A stretch of DNA of 64,000 nt from the human T2T-CHM13v2.0 reference genome, Homo sapiens: NCBI RefSeq assembly GCF_009914755.1, contig NC_060929.1, one strand, 5' to 3'. The notes under the pieces were generated by a model. The model made no database searches, had not been told where the DNA came from, and was given only the letters and a program-made list of their open reading frames with translations. The position numbers and the translations under genes were made by a program. Positions 46,217 to 60,062 of this stretch are shown here, piece after piece; the stretch's first letter is position 1, and each line of letters begins with the position of its first letter.

Positions 46217-48338
46217 TTTGTTTTTTGTTTTTGTTTTTTGTCTTTTTTTGCATATTGCTTTTATTTTGCAGAAAATGTTTTGCTGATTGTCTTTGGCTAT
46301 TTTGTCAGAAGAAAAATATAACTGTTATAAGTTTAACAATACAAGATACAATTACATGTGCTCAAAATAAACTCATTCTAATGGACTGAATGGTGAAATT
46401 TCCATTTCAACTAAAATCTGTTGTTCTACACAATGGATTGATTATATCCTTAACAGCTCAATTACTATCTGAAAAGTACTCTAAAGCTATAAGAAATAGA
46501 ATTAAGTGTGATTTCATGTCACTAAAGTAAGATCAGTGGAGTTTATAAATGTTAATATGTCCAAGTCATCTGTATGCTATTATTAGAAATAAAAAATAAA
46601 TTTCTGGACCCTAGCAAATATATGTTTATAATGAATTAATAATAACAAATTAGGCCAACTGAATTTTCCTTGCAAACTCAAATTCATCTGTAGTATATAA
46701 ACACAGCTATTGTTGACAATGGGAAAGGAGTGGGTTATTTTTTTTTCGTAAAAGCAGAACACATATTCTTCATACTTTAAAATGATGTTAATATGTTTTT
46801 TCCCCTTGACCTGTAAGACTCATTTTTTACTTAGTAGATCAAATCAACACTGGTTGCCCCACACAAAAAAAGTCAGTGTATCTTTTGAAAAAAGGCTTTA
46901 CTTTCAGAGAAGATGATGACAGGGATATCCATGAGTTTATAAGGTGGGCTTGTGCCAATGCATGATATTAGCTGTCAGGACTATCTGTGGTCATGACAGG
47001 ATCTTCAGATAGTGGGGATTCTGGGAAGGAAGGACCTGAGACTGGATAAAAGGGGCCCAGTGTTCAGTGGACCTTGGAAAAAAAATGGAATCCCATCCAG
47101 TTAGATAGCCCAGCTCTCTGAAACCCTGGTGTGCTGGTACCCTACTTGCAGACCAGCGGTTGAGGAACTGATGAACTCCTGTTTTGACTCATGAGTAGCA
47201 TCCTGATCTGTGCAGACATCCCAAGGCTGGGCCAATTGTCATGGGATTGGAGCATGAATAACATGCAAATGACTTGTCAGAACAGGTTGGAGAGTTGGGG
47301 TAGGAAGGGGAATAGTGTTTCCTCAGAACAGAGTGTCTTTTACAGCCATGTGGGAAGGAAAGTAAAAGAGGACTTCCAAATCAAGGATGGAGGTTGAACA
47401 GAAGGTACTGGTTTTAGGAATAAGCCATTTTCATTAAGAATACTCAGATTGCTGTTTGTCTCCAGGTTTTTCCATCATATCATTGTGAATACTGCTTTTC
47501 TCTGCAGAAAGAAAAGTCTTTGCAAATTGATTGTATCTAACTGTAGGAGCTGGAACCTCCTCGTTATGTTAAGCCATCACAGATGTACACTGGATTTGGG
47601 GAATGAAGTAGCTGGTGATCATCCCCTCTGGAAATGTTCCTTTGGGAATTTGAGGTTCATATTTATGCAAGGAGTTCAACATGATCTGGCACCCTCTGTT
47701 GAGCTAATTCGTGAGTTTGACTTTGATGAAGGAAACAAGTGCCCTTTGATGTCTGGAGAGTCAGAGTGGATGTAGATAGAGCTAGGGCTGGCAGTTTGGG
47801 ATTACCCCAGGACACCCACTCTCTGCCCACACACTTCCAGCGGTGGCCAGCTAGATCACAAAGTGCAGGAGGAAAGAATATATGGTGTTATTGTCCAGGC
47901 CAGACAGATTCAGCTTCAGCTCTGGAAAAACTCTTCTGTCCTTCTTGGTGACATCATCTGGAAGTGCAAACACATGTAGCTCCTGGGCCAATGCTTGGGG
48001 CTACCCTCCTCACTGTTGGCCTGCAACTTGCTCTCCACAGAGCTCAGCCAGTTGTTCACCGGGTACTGCAGGCTCTTTCTAAGCCCCGTGCACAAAGGGA
48101 GCTCCTCTTCTTGACTACCTGTCACCACAGTCCCCTATAACTCCAATTCGCTACCCAAGAACTACTATCAACTCCTTTCAATGGCCACTCTTCCAAGACA
48201 AGGAAATTCAAAGGCCTACAGGACCCAGAAATAGACCTGAGATGCGAATAAATGTGGAGATTTGTAGGGAGGGGGTAAGGACAGAGGAGTGACAGTAAAG
48301 GTTATTCCACCCGAATGCCTGCAAGGCACCACTAAAGT
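46217..48338 (-). pseudogene. TBXT: Processed pseudogene of Brachyury (T-box transcription factor T); decayed CDS ~46904-48106
   Basis: Manual minus-strand translation across frameshifts: [137 protein letters not shown]; no introns; AATAAA 46260-46265; A-rich tail 46217-46249. Confidence 0.92.
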
Positions 48339-49339
48339 CCTTTGTGGCACGGCATTTGTTTTGAAAAATTACAAATTAGGCAATTGACCAGCACATAAAT
48401 ATTTATAAAAATTATAAATACAGCCATTAATTTCTTGGAAGACCTTTTTTAATCAAAAGAAGCACTTCAAATGCCTCAGAACATAAGTTATACATACATC
48501 AGGATTATTATATCTTGTAATTTTCTATAATATTTTGTTAGATTTTTATACTGTTTTTAAGTGTCTTGGCCACAGATAATTCAAGTTTGATATATATTTG
48601 GAAGGCTTCTTTAAAGGTTTCCTATGAGAGCTGCAATTTTTGACAATTTGGAAGTTATAGACACTTTTGGATGGTAACTTAGTAAAGTACCATATGCTGT
48701 GAACATGACTTTTTGTGTTTTCCAAGCAACACTGGGTATGTCTGTGAACCTGACCTGCACAAAGTAGTTATTTCAGTTCTTTAAGCCTCCTGCCAAACTG
48801 GTGTAGTAGCTTTTAATATGGGCAGATGGCCACTTCGAAACAAATCAAAATACAATATTTGGTCTCTAAACTTATCTGAATTCAAATCTTTGAATATGAA
48901 TGCTAGCTCAGATTGAATTTCAGGTCCTGCTAATTGTTTTGATGTAGCTAGGCAGTTTGCATGAAACATGTTTGATCAAATAGCTAACACAGGCTTCACT
49001 TCTTAGTAAATAGTTGTGTAATGTCCCTTCTGGTGCTTTGTTAAATGTGATAACAAAGTTAAAATATAAAAGTATTAATCTGCAGCTCCTATGGAGTATA
49101 AAATGGACAAATATATATTAACAAGAAACACCAATCTAATTCAGAGCCTATGAATGCATGGTTTATTGCTGAAATCTGGCAGAACTTTTAAACGTTTAAT
49201 CTGCAAGTAGCATCTAAGAGAAATATGATTAAGAGCAAAACATGTAAGTGCAGTGGTTTATAACAGAGTAGCTGTGGCACAAGCTTCAAGCAAACAAAAG
49301 TAATTACGTTGATTTAAGCGGTTCCTTCCCATTAATTCT

Positions 49340-49470
49340 CACACTTCCTTGTCTTTGGACTTTGTTGTCCTTTTTTCCTCCCTGCTTCCCTCCCTACTGT
49401 TTTCCCTCCCCCACCTCCTTCTTCTCCTCCTTCTTATTACTCTACCCCTCTTTTTCCCTTTTCTTTTTCC
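49340..49470. repeat. CT-rich low-complexity tract
   Basis: Direct reading. Confidence 0.7.
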
Positions 49471-49639
49471 TAGTTGATCTCTTTAAAATGCAGTAGTGGG
49501 TTAAATAGATTGTTTAAGATTAACTAAATTGATTATAATTAAATAACTACATATGCCATTAACACAAGATGCTTTCCTGGGTCACTCAGAGCTAAAGAAT
49601 GCAGATTTCATATATTAGATGGATCAATGTTTGTTGTAA

Positions 49640-50105
49640 ATTATATCCATTATATTATAAGCATCATAATGAGAAAAATGCAAATAAAACTGCAGTCATT
49701 TTTCCCCCATAAGATTAGAAATATATGAAAAATTTGATAACACACCCCAGACTAAGAGGGAAAATAGACTAAAGGGAAAAAGACATTATTGTATTTAAAT
49801 GGTACTATTCCTATGGAGTTTATTACATATGCTTTTATCTTTGGCTCAACATTCTCACTTAATGGAGTCTTTCCCGGGACCAAAGGTAAACTGACATTAC
49901 TTTGGAATAATATAAGGCAAACATTTTTCAATGCAACAATATTTTTACTAGTGTAAAATTGGAATCAACCAAAAAAATTCAACAGTAGAATTCTTGTTGG
50001 GTAAATTGTAGAATCTTTGCACTATGTACTACTGCATTATGTATCTGTTAAAGGCATTGGGAGAATCTTTGTGTAGTTGATTATATATTGTATATTCTGG
50101 AGTAT
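49640..50105 (+). mobile_element. Degraded L1ME fragment
   Basis: gagaaaaatgcaaataaaactgcag, aaaattggaatcaacc motifs. Confidence 0.5.
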
Positions 50106-50134
50106 AAATTGTTAAGTAATAAAAGCAAATTGCA

Positions 50135-50440
50135 GGCTGGATGTGGTGGCTCATGCCTGTAATCCTAGCACTTTGGGAGGCCGAGGCAGGCGGATCATCT
50201 GAGGTCAGCAGTTCGTGACTAGCCTGGCCAACAAGGCAAAACCCCATCTCCACTAAAAATACAAAAATTAGCTGGGCGTGGTGGCAGGTGCCTGTAATCC
50301 CAGACACTTGGAAGGCTGAGGCGGGAGAATTGCTTGACCCCGAGAGGCAGAGGTTGCAGTAAGCCAAGGCCAAGATCGCACCATTGCATCCCATCCTTGG
50401 GGACAAGAGTGAAACTCTGTCTCCAAAAAAAGAAAAAAAA
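50135..50440 (+). mobile_element. AluS (Sq/Sx-like)
   Basis: Full dimer with A-tail. Confidence 0.95.
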
Positions 50441-50983
50441 GCAAGCTTAAAGCAAAGTTTATTTAAGCATAGAAGCACAGTAATACACTCTCAGATGGAG
50501 AGCAAGCTGACTTCTACGAAGTGAAGTCAGCCCCTCTTTACAGAGCTAAAGGTGCTTGTATTGGGTTTGTGGGGAGGAGTGACAGGATGATGTCATTTGA
50601 TCGGCAGTTTGTGGTTATATAACTAAAGTTAAATTGCACATGTTCTTACCCATAATTCATACAGAAAAGCCCACTTGGAGAGGGGGTAAAATCACATATA
50701 AATTTTATAATAATGATGGTATGATGAGCTTGGGGTTAACTTGAGGACACAGTTCCATATTACTGGGCATGTGCCACTTTAGGGAATTTCCACCTGTGCC
50801 CTAGTTTCTCTTTCTACAGGATGTGCTGGCCACAGACTTTACCACAAACTCCATCCATTAGGGTGAAGTTAGGGAGGTCTTAGGGCTGAACGTTGGTGGG
50901 CCAGGGGCTGTCTTAGTGACAGTCTTTCTGCTCTCCTCCTTTCATTCCCTCCCAGCTGCTAATATCTATTTAAGTACCTAACA
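50441..50983 (-). mobile_element. ERV1 MER4-group LTR (subfamily unassigned)
   Basis: tttatt (minus-strand AATAAA) at ~50458; ends cctaaca. Confidence 0.6.
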
Positions 50984-51563
50984 TTAGAAACACAGAACTA
51001 CAAATAATCTTACACTACATTCAGTTATTCTTTGATCATAATAATATTGTTGTTACTAATTTGAAGTGATTATAAATATATTGCAAGGTAATTGAAATAG
51101 TCCAGTCCATCACTGTTTTTAATATCTAAAATGTTTCAATATTTTTAAAAGGTACAATTATGAAAATTAAAAAAAATAGCAAAACTGCACTTTTCAGTTT
51201 AAAGTAGATATATTTTCAATTTAAAGTAGGTATAATATACATATTAAGTGGGTTTATTATTTTCCTCTTTAAAGTTAGTATATCCTAGCTCTCTCCATTG
51301 AAAAAGTCTGGAAGCAGTAACAACATAATAGCAATGAACACTCCTTATAAACAAGATATTGGTGTCTAAGTACCATCAAGAAAAGAAATCTAGGGTGCCT
51401 GGAAGTGATTCTATGTAGAAGCAGGAAATTACCTAGGCTGCTTTGTAGTGCCAGAGATAAAAAGCTATAAACATGATGGGGGCTGATCAGATAGACACAG
51501 GTGCCAGCCTGAAGGATTTTAGGTCTAAGATGAGATTTTTTGAGCTTCAAAAAGAATGATTAG

Positions 51564-51872
<309 letters not shown>

Positions 51873-51899
51873 CTAAAATTTATTATAAAATATTTGAAT

Positions 51900-52910
51900 A
51901 TCTGAAAAGTATTGCATTTATAAGATATTTAAAAATTATGAAAAGAAAGAGAGCAAAACATTATTGAAAATGTTGATAAGATTGATGTTGACAAATAAAG
52001 TGAAAGAATTTAGCATTTAGTATATGTTCCTGATTTAAACTCTTTCTTACAGAAATCAAATAGCCATAGTGTAACAGGTAATGTTCTTCTTTATATAAGA
52101 ATTCCAGATAAGAAATTCATTAAATAAATCAGAAAAAAATGAAAATATAAATTTGTAATTCCAAAGAAAAAGTTACCTAGGAAATGGTCACCAATGGATG
52201 GAAAGAACATAAAATATAGAATCAATAAGAAAGATTACAATAAAAAGAATTAGTTGTATACAACCCAAACTCACCAATCACTAATCAGTCTTAGCATTGG
52301 TAGTGTAAAAATATCATGTGACTCCTAGCATGATGCAATACAAAATGTTTCAGCATTCCAATGACATATAGCTGTCAGAATAAAATTAAAGCTGAATTTA
52401 CCTGAAATGTTAAATTTACAGTAAATATGGGGGAGGGTGAGAAGAGAAGTTAAACATGCAACAAGAGAAACCGGCCAGGTAAACCCAGAAAATAAGTAAT
52501 CTGTAGAAAAAAGCAACTAATTTCTTCAACAAGCAAAATGCATGGGTCCAAAGTATGTTAAAAGAAACTTAAATAAAACCTAAGAGAATAACAACAACAA
52601 CAAAAAAATACAGTGAGTAGAACTTTTATAATCCTGATTCAAATTTTAATATTGTAAAAATATAATTTTAGACAACTGGAGAAATTTGATTAGAAATGTG
52701 CTTTGAAAGAATTATTGGAGTTTTTATATGAGTACAAAAATGGCATTGTGGCATTATGCCTGGATTACTGTATAAAATTCAGAAAAATGAAATGTTACAT
52801 TTAGAAAGCATTACTGTTGAAACTAGATGATATACAATTTCATATTACACAGTGTAAATAGAGTTTTGTGCACTTTCTGTATTTATCTTTCAACTTTTGA
52901 TAAAAAGTTA
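51900..52910 (+). mobile_element. Degraded L1M 3'UTR fragments
   Basis: atatcatgtgactcctagcatgatgcaa, tatatcctgattcaaa motifs. Confidence 0.45.
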
Positions 52911-53099
52911 AAACAACAGAATAATTTGGTATCATTTTATATACATATTGTATTCATTCTTATCATTTTTATTTATGCTTAGTCCTACTACTAAGTACTA
53001 AGTACTGATAAAATTTATATTAGAAAAGTTCAATATTTATTTCTCAAATATATATTCACTTGATTCCCACCTTCTCAGTTTGTTTCTTGTCCTCTCTAG

Positions 53100-53810
53100 T
53101 CTCTCTGGGCCAAATGAGTAGGGTTCAATTTGTTTTGCCACATCCAATCTGTTACTCTTGTTCTTCAGATTGACTTAACAGTTAGATTTGTAAAATGTAG
53201 ATATTATTATGTATGTTCCATGATTAGACATTTACAGTTGTATAATTTGATTCACTTCCATTCACTTCACCTCAGAAAACACTTACTCAGCATCTATGTT
53301 TCAAAATTGCATGCAGACATGAGTTTCATAAAACCTATACTGGGCTACATCTTACCAAGTCTACTACCCTAATCTTGGCCTTTTAAGTGGACCTTAAGTG
53401 TCAGTTAAATCACAGCTTCCTCATCTGATGGTCAAACCAGGCCCCATCTTATCATCAGTTTCCAGTTTTCTAAACACACCAAGTTCTTCCAAGTATCCAC
53501 ACCTTAGAACATTCAAATTCTTTGCCTGGATTCTGCCCGTTCTTTCTCTTTTCTATTTGAACACTGTGCATTATCCTTAAGATCTAAGTAAAATGACAGC
53601 TCTTATCCCTTTCTCAGAATGAATACCTCTCTTGATACCATGTTTTTCTTCTTCTTTTTAGTAATTATCTCAATAGCTCACTATAGCAGCTGTACCAATC
53701 CCCTCGTAAGCACAGGCATTCTTCATTGTTAATATTCACATTCCCATGGCTTAACACATTGCCTTGCATACTAATAGGTGCCCCCCAAATTTTGAATTAT
53801 TTGAATAGAA
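53100..53810 (+). mobile_element. L2 3' fragments
   Basis: cttaacacattgccttgcatactaataggtgcccc..tttgaat L2 terminus. Confidence 0.55.
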
Positions 53811-54007
53811 TATTAAAGTTTCAAAACTTCAACTGCATTTGATTTATTCAGGCACAGCTTTCACTCAAACATAAAATATTTAGTGATTTTGCATTGTTAG
53901 GTCATCTACCTGAGTCATTTATCAACCCTAATATGTTTGAAATATTACTGTGTTTTGTGACTTGCTTCTGCTTTAAATTCTTTTCCTCCTCTTCTGAATT
54001 ATGTTTG

Positions 54008-54340
54008 TTTTCAATATCTGTTTATGTATTTCTGCATTTTTTATGTAAAGGCATAGTAGAAATAAAATAATACTAGGTATCAATAAATATTTTTTCATTG
54101 TAGCTGAAAACTTGGACAAGACAAGCACATACAAGCTATAAGTATCAATACCTTGAATTTAATGAAAACAGGTTATTTTTTCACTAACTTGTTTTCAAGA
54201 TATTGATACTTATGGTACATATGTTTAGTCTTTCCCAAGTATTCAGCTACAATGAAAAAATATTGATACTCAGTATTATTTTATTTCTACTTCATCTTTC
54301 TACAAAGACATGCAGGACTACATTAATAGATATTGAAAAA
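54008..54340. repeat. ~330-bp imperfect palindrome (inverted duplication)
   Basis: Arms pair, e.g. 54056-54130 with 54220-54290; 9-nt loop 54176-54184. Confidence 0.85.
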
Positions 54341-54429
54341 GGTTATTGAAGCAATAACCTGTTTTCATTAAATTCAAGATATTGATGCTTACAGCATTTT
54401 TTCACAAATATAACAAAAATCTATCCAAT

Positions 54430-54505
54430 ATGTTGAACCATACAAATTGCTATTTGTGTACGTAAATAGTGGTCAAATATTATCATTTTCATAGAGCCCA
54501 GTGTG
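54430..54505. mobile_element. MADE2-like Mariner MITE
   Basis: gttgaaccatacaaattgctatttgtgta..tggtcaaatattatcattttcata, ~80 bp. Confidence 0.55.
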
Positions 54506-56606
54506 ATGTCTAACTACACCTCTGTTTCTCACAATATTTTAGTATTCAGTAAGTTCAAACCTCATCATCAATGTTGTCTTTTAAATATTAGAGAAATTTT
54601 GATATTTGTTTTAATTAGTAAAATTAGAACACACATTACGAAATGTTAGCTTCACATGTATTATATTTGTGAAAACCCTAAAATAATTATAAGATACAAG
54701 ATAGCAAATGAAATTCAGAAGAAACATTAGTTCAAATTGACAATAATGTTAAATATAAAATTTCAAAGCAAATATTTATAAAATATGTCTTCTACTCTCT
54801 GTTTTCTTATTTTTTTGAAATCTTATATTTACAATTATAGTTATATGCATTTAAGGAACAGAGTCAGCTGATTTACCATAAACAATTGAAAATTAATTAA
54901 TGAAAATATGTCTCTCAATTTTTACTATCTTGCTATGGATAAATTTAATCAAAACTAACAAGATTTTCAATTTGTAAATACTGTAATGAAATTGACCATG
55001 ATTTTAATGCACTGAATGAGTATATAATGTAAAAATAAATTGTAAACTTTATTATATATATTTGTATTATAAATCAATAGCTAAGATGCATGGAATGTTG
55101 ATAGGAGTGATTATCATATTGGAAATCTGACTACCTAGTTTCTCATCCAATTATTTAATTTTCAAAACCCTTTTGGGATACCGAAGTTAAATCACTATTT
55201 AAAAAAATACTATGCTTTTTGCATGCACTTTTTTCAAAGATAAAGTTATAACCTGTCATAGCTTGCATTTCTAAATTTAGAAATAAAATATTTTCAGACT
55301 TTTATTATCTTGATCATTTTATTTTGAACTTTTTAAAAAATTAAAATTAAAATAAAGAAATATGTTTTATCTAGTAATAATAGTCTTTATTGACTTAAAT
55401 CAAAATAAATGTTCAGTGATTATTTTTAATGATACTCCTTATTGGGAGACATAAATTATGGAAAACTAATCAAACCTAGAGAAGGAAAATTACATCCTTT
55501 TACTTGTAATACATTTATTGATAAAGGTGTGTGATGTGGTGCCAAGATGTGCGACTAAATGATTTTATAGGTATATATAAAAATTATGGAAATAAAATGA
55601 AAAAAAACCGGAACATTTATTTCAGAAGATATAACTAAGGGTTTCTGAGATAGGATTACAGATCTAGCCCCTCCCTATTTGTAACAAAGCTATAGTGACT
55701 TATCTTTTACTAGAAGAGCTGGGGGATTTAAACATAGAATAAGTGGATGATTTATTTCAGAAGCACAAATATATAAACATTGATGATAACTTTTTTTCAG
55801 AAGTGAAGCAATATTTAAAATTCATAACTTCAAATGTTAGACATGAGTGTCATCATACTTTCACGCTAAAGTTATGTAAGTCTTACTCTTTATTGTATAT
55901 TCCCAGTGAAGTGTAATCTTTATTTTTATTGTAGCTATTTTCATGAAAGCATATTTTTATACAAAACAAAATTTCCTAAGTAAAAAATATAATTAATTAA
56001 ATTAAGAGCACATTTGAGTTGGAGTGTGGCTATTGAAACTAGGAAGGCATAATTAGGGCATGATCCACTTCGTGGGAATTTAGTCTAATTGAAAGCCAAT
56101 TATTTTATTTACTTGTAATTCACATGATGCACTTGTTAATAGATGCAGCTTCTAACCAAGTATCTAGGAGGGAACGAAGAGTCTTGGGTCGGTGATATTT
56201 GCAAATTCAGTGGTATAAAGCAAGGAAAAAGAACATTTTCATACGTTAAAAAATGTTTGAAGAAATATTTATATTTCTGGTTCCTGATTGGTAAATTGCT
56301 TCCATTCTAAACTTTTTATATTAATTCAACAGTAAGTATCTTTATACCATAAATCACTATCAATTATAAATAAGTAGAGTTTTACTGTTCAAATATTTGT
56401 TTTTATCAAGTAATATATGCATGTGCCATAAAATAATCACATGGTGATGAAGATCTTATAAAGAAAATTAGCACTCTTGTAAAACCTTCTCACTTCCAAG
56501 TTTAGCCTCCAGAGGAATTCTTTAAAAATTGCTTATATTTCAGTTATTTATCCTCTATAACAATAGATACTGTTGTATGTTATTTTCTTAACTTAGCAAA
56601 ATTAGA

Positions 56607-56896
56607 TGTTTGTTTGTTTATTTATTTATTTATTTTTATTTTATTTTTTGAGACAGCATTTCACTCTTGTCACCTAGGCTGGAGTGCAGTGGCATGATCT
56701 TGGCTTACCATAAACCCCATCTCCCAGGTTCAAGCTATTCTCCTGCCTCAGCCTCCCAAGAAGCTGTGATTACAGGCATGTGCCACCATGCCTGGCTAAT
56801 TTTTTTGGATTTTTAGTAAAGATGGGGTTTCACCAGGTTGGCCAGGCTGGTCTTGAACTCCTGACCCCAGGTGATCTGCCTGCCTCAGCCTCCCAA
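56607..56896 (-). mobile_element. 5'-truncated AluS with (TTTA)n tail
   Basis: Alu body ends at gcctcccaa. Confidence 0.9.
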
Positions 56897-57612
56897 GATA
56901 ACAGTTATGAACTCCTTGATATTAATATATATTTTGCCCTTACTCAAATCCTCTCCTCTATCTCTGTGTTTGACAATTGTTTTAGTTTTTTCTATCAATT
57001 ATTGTAAGATAAACAACATGATTAAACTATAATCATTTTATCATCTTTTGATTCACTTTTAACCTTATGTAATATAAATCTTCTTCTCTCTCTACCAAAT
57101 TTTCTCCATATTTTATTTTGTATCAGTTATACTTTTATATTTTTGTAGTTCTTTCTTTCATTCCATCCTTTAAGCATAACATTGCCTTTCCTTGACCTGA
57201 ACAATGACTCACAATTGAAAGCCAATAAACAACATTTGCAGTATTATTGTTGTGAACATATTCGAGAATGAATACCAATTACCTTTCCATCTATATGTGT
57301 TCAAAGTCACAATTCAAATACCACTTGTGAGACAATGTTACATTAATAGGATTTCTTCCATTGGTAAAAATTGTGATGTTTGGAAAATAATTTTCATCCT
57401 CAGTTTCTTTCATTTCTAGAGTTCATATTGACCATCTAAACAATCATATTAACGGCTTTCATCCTCAACATCTGTCAACCTTAAGCCACGCTTCTCATTC
57501 TGTTCAATGTCTTTTTTTTCTTTGATAAGTCCTACTAATGATCTGTACTGGAATTTCATTACTTGCTGTATTGATTTTCTCTCTCTTTTTTTCCTTTTAA
57601 TGTATATTTTCA

Positions 57613-57972
<360 letters not shown>

Positions 57973-58499
57973 AAAAACTTTCTTTTAGTGAATTTATGTA
58001 CCAGTTTTTTTTTTTTCTTCCCTTAAGCTCATAATCAAAGATCTTCCTAAGGTATGACACTAAAATGTGACATTTCTGAGCCTTGGATGTTAAAAAAATA
58101 TATTTTTTAGTTTGTTTTTACACATCATTGATATTTTATAAGTGGATAAGAATTAAATACGGTATGAATTGTATTTTTTTAGGTTGCTTTATTTTTTCAT
58201 GAACCTTTCCCTTGAGGTTTTTAGGATTTTTTTTTAACATGAATGTTGTCAGTGCAAAAAATTAGTTCTCGATTTTAGCTTGGTGTATCCCCATATATAT
58301 AGTAAGATGTTTGAGTCTCCTATTTAGTTTATTTTTATATTTTAAACATCCTTGTCTTTCTTGTCCCCTCTACTTCCTCTCCATTAAAAAATAACATCAA
58401 CTTTATTGTCAGGCTTTTGTAGAACTTCTATTTTGCCAAAATACATTTACTTTTTTTTTTTAATCTCTACCTTTTTTTTCTCTGTTTCTAATGATTATC

Positions 58500-59058
58500 A
58501 TAAAATCTTTTATGACCACAGACGTCTATTCATATTTCTCAAGCAAAGATTGCACTGGACAAAGGTAACTGTATTAGGACTATCGCAATAGTGGAGAGAA
58601 GCCAGAACACAGTCTGAGCGCAACTCCATTGAACCAAAAATCTCGGGAGCTTTTAAGAGTTGAGATGAAGGAATTACATGCTATGTGTGTTTGCTAACTG
58701 ACATACCCAAAGTAAGGGTCAACTTTCTATCTTCATAACAGGAAGCAGTTTGACAACATAAAACAAGATCCCTCAAAAAGTTAGGATCCTACTCTCCCAA
58801 AAAAACAGGAGCTATGAGTGCTAGCTTCCTGGATGATTAATTTCAACGAGATAGCTCCCAGGTATTTGAAAAGACTTTTCTGGGTTGTAAACTGCCAAGA
58901 GGCAGTTTTAAAACATGTAAATCTCTAAAGGTACAGAGAAGGAATTTACAATTGCAAGTTTTCTACATAAAGATTCTAAGAAAAGGGAGTGTGAAGTCAG
59001 GAAGAAATCTGTCTAAAGTTGAGTCAAGCTGAGGGACACGTTAAGGCAATCTTAGTCA
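58500..59058 (-). mobile_element. ERV1 LTR (MER67/MER31-like)
   Basis: Reverse strand begins tgactaagattgccttaacgtgtccctcagcttgactcaactttagacag. Confidence 0.65.
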
Positions 59059-59624
59059 ATATATCTCTAAAAGCACACTTAGTAGGCTTCCCTCAGTTGA
59101 TTGCTAAATAGATCTGTCTTCTGGTTGGGTCTGTACTCATATGGGGCGTAGTGGAACAAGAGGAGGCACAGAGTAATATTTTCTTTGGACTTGGTCATAG
59201 GAGTCAGTCTAAGTCATAACAATACAAACATCAAACTGGCAAAATTCTTGTTCTATGATATCAACGATAAGACTACAATTCTTATTTAGCATTTATATGT
59301 TGCTATTTGATTTTTTAAATAAAATGTTATTTTTGAGGTAATTATAGATTCACATGCAGTGCAGTCATAAAAAATAATACAGTGGGATATCATGTATCCT
59401 ATACCCAGTTTCTGGATATGGTGATGTCTTATCTTGCAAGATGATGGTACAAGATCACAACCAGGACATTCATATATTGGCATCGTTAAAAAGGAGAATA
59501 ATTCTGTCATCACAATGGTTGCTTATGTGGCCCCATTATGATACACCCTCCACTTTATAACCCTTGACAAATAATATTCTGTTCTTCATTTCTATAATTT
59601 TGTCATTTCAGGAATGTTATATGA

Positions 59625-60062
<438 letters not shown>

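Noticed and set aside
46904-48106. Functional TBXT gene, or a TBX19 copy
   Set aside because: Lost ATG, multiple stops and frameshifts, no introns; KSLQY N-terminus and the C-terminus match T rather than TBX19
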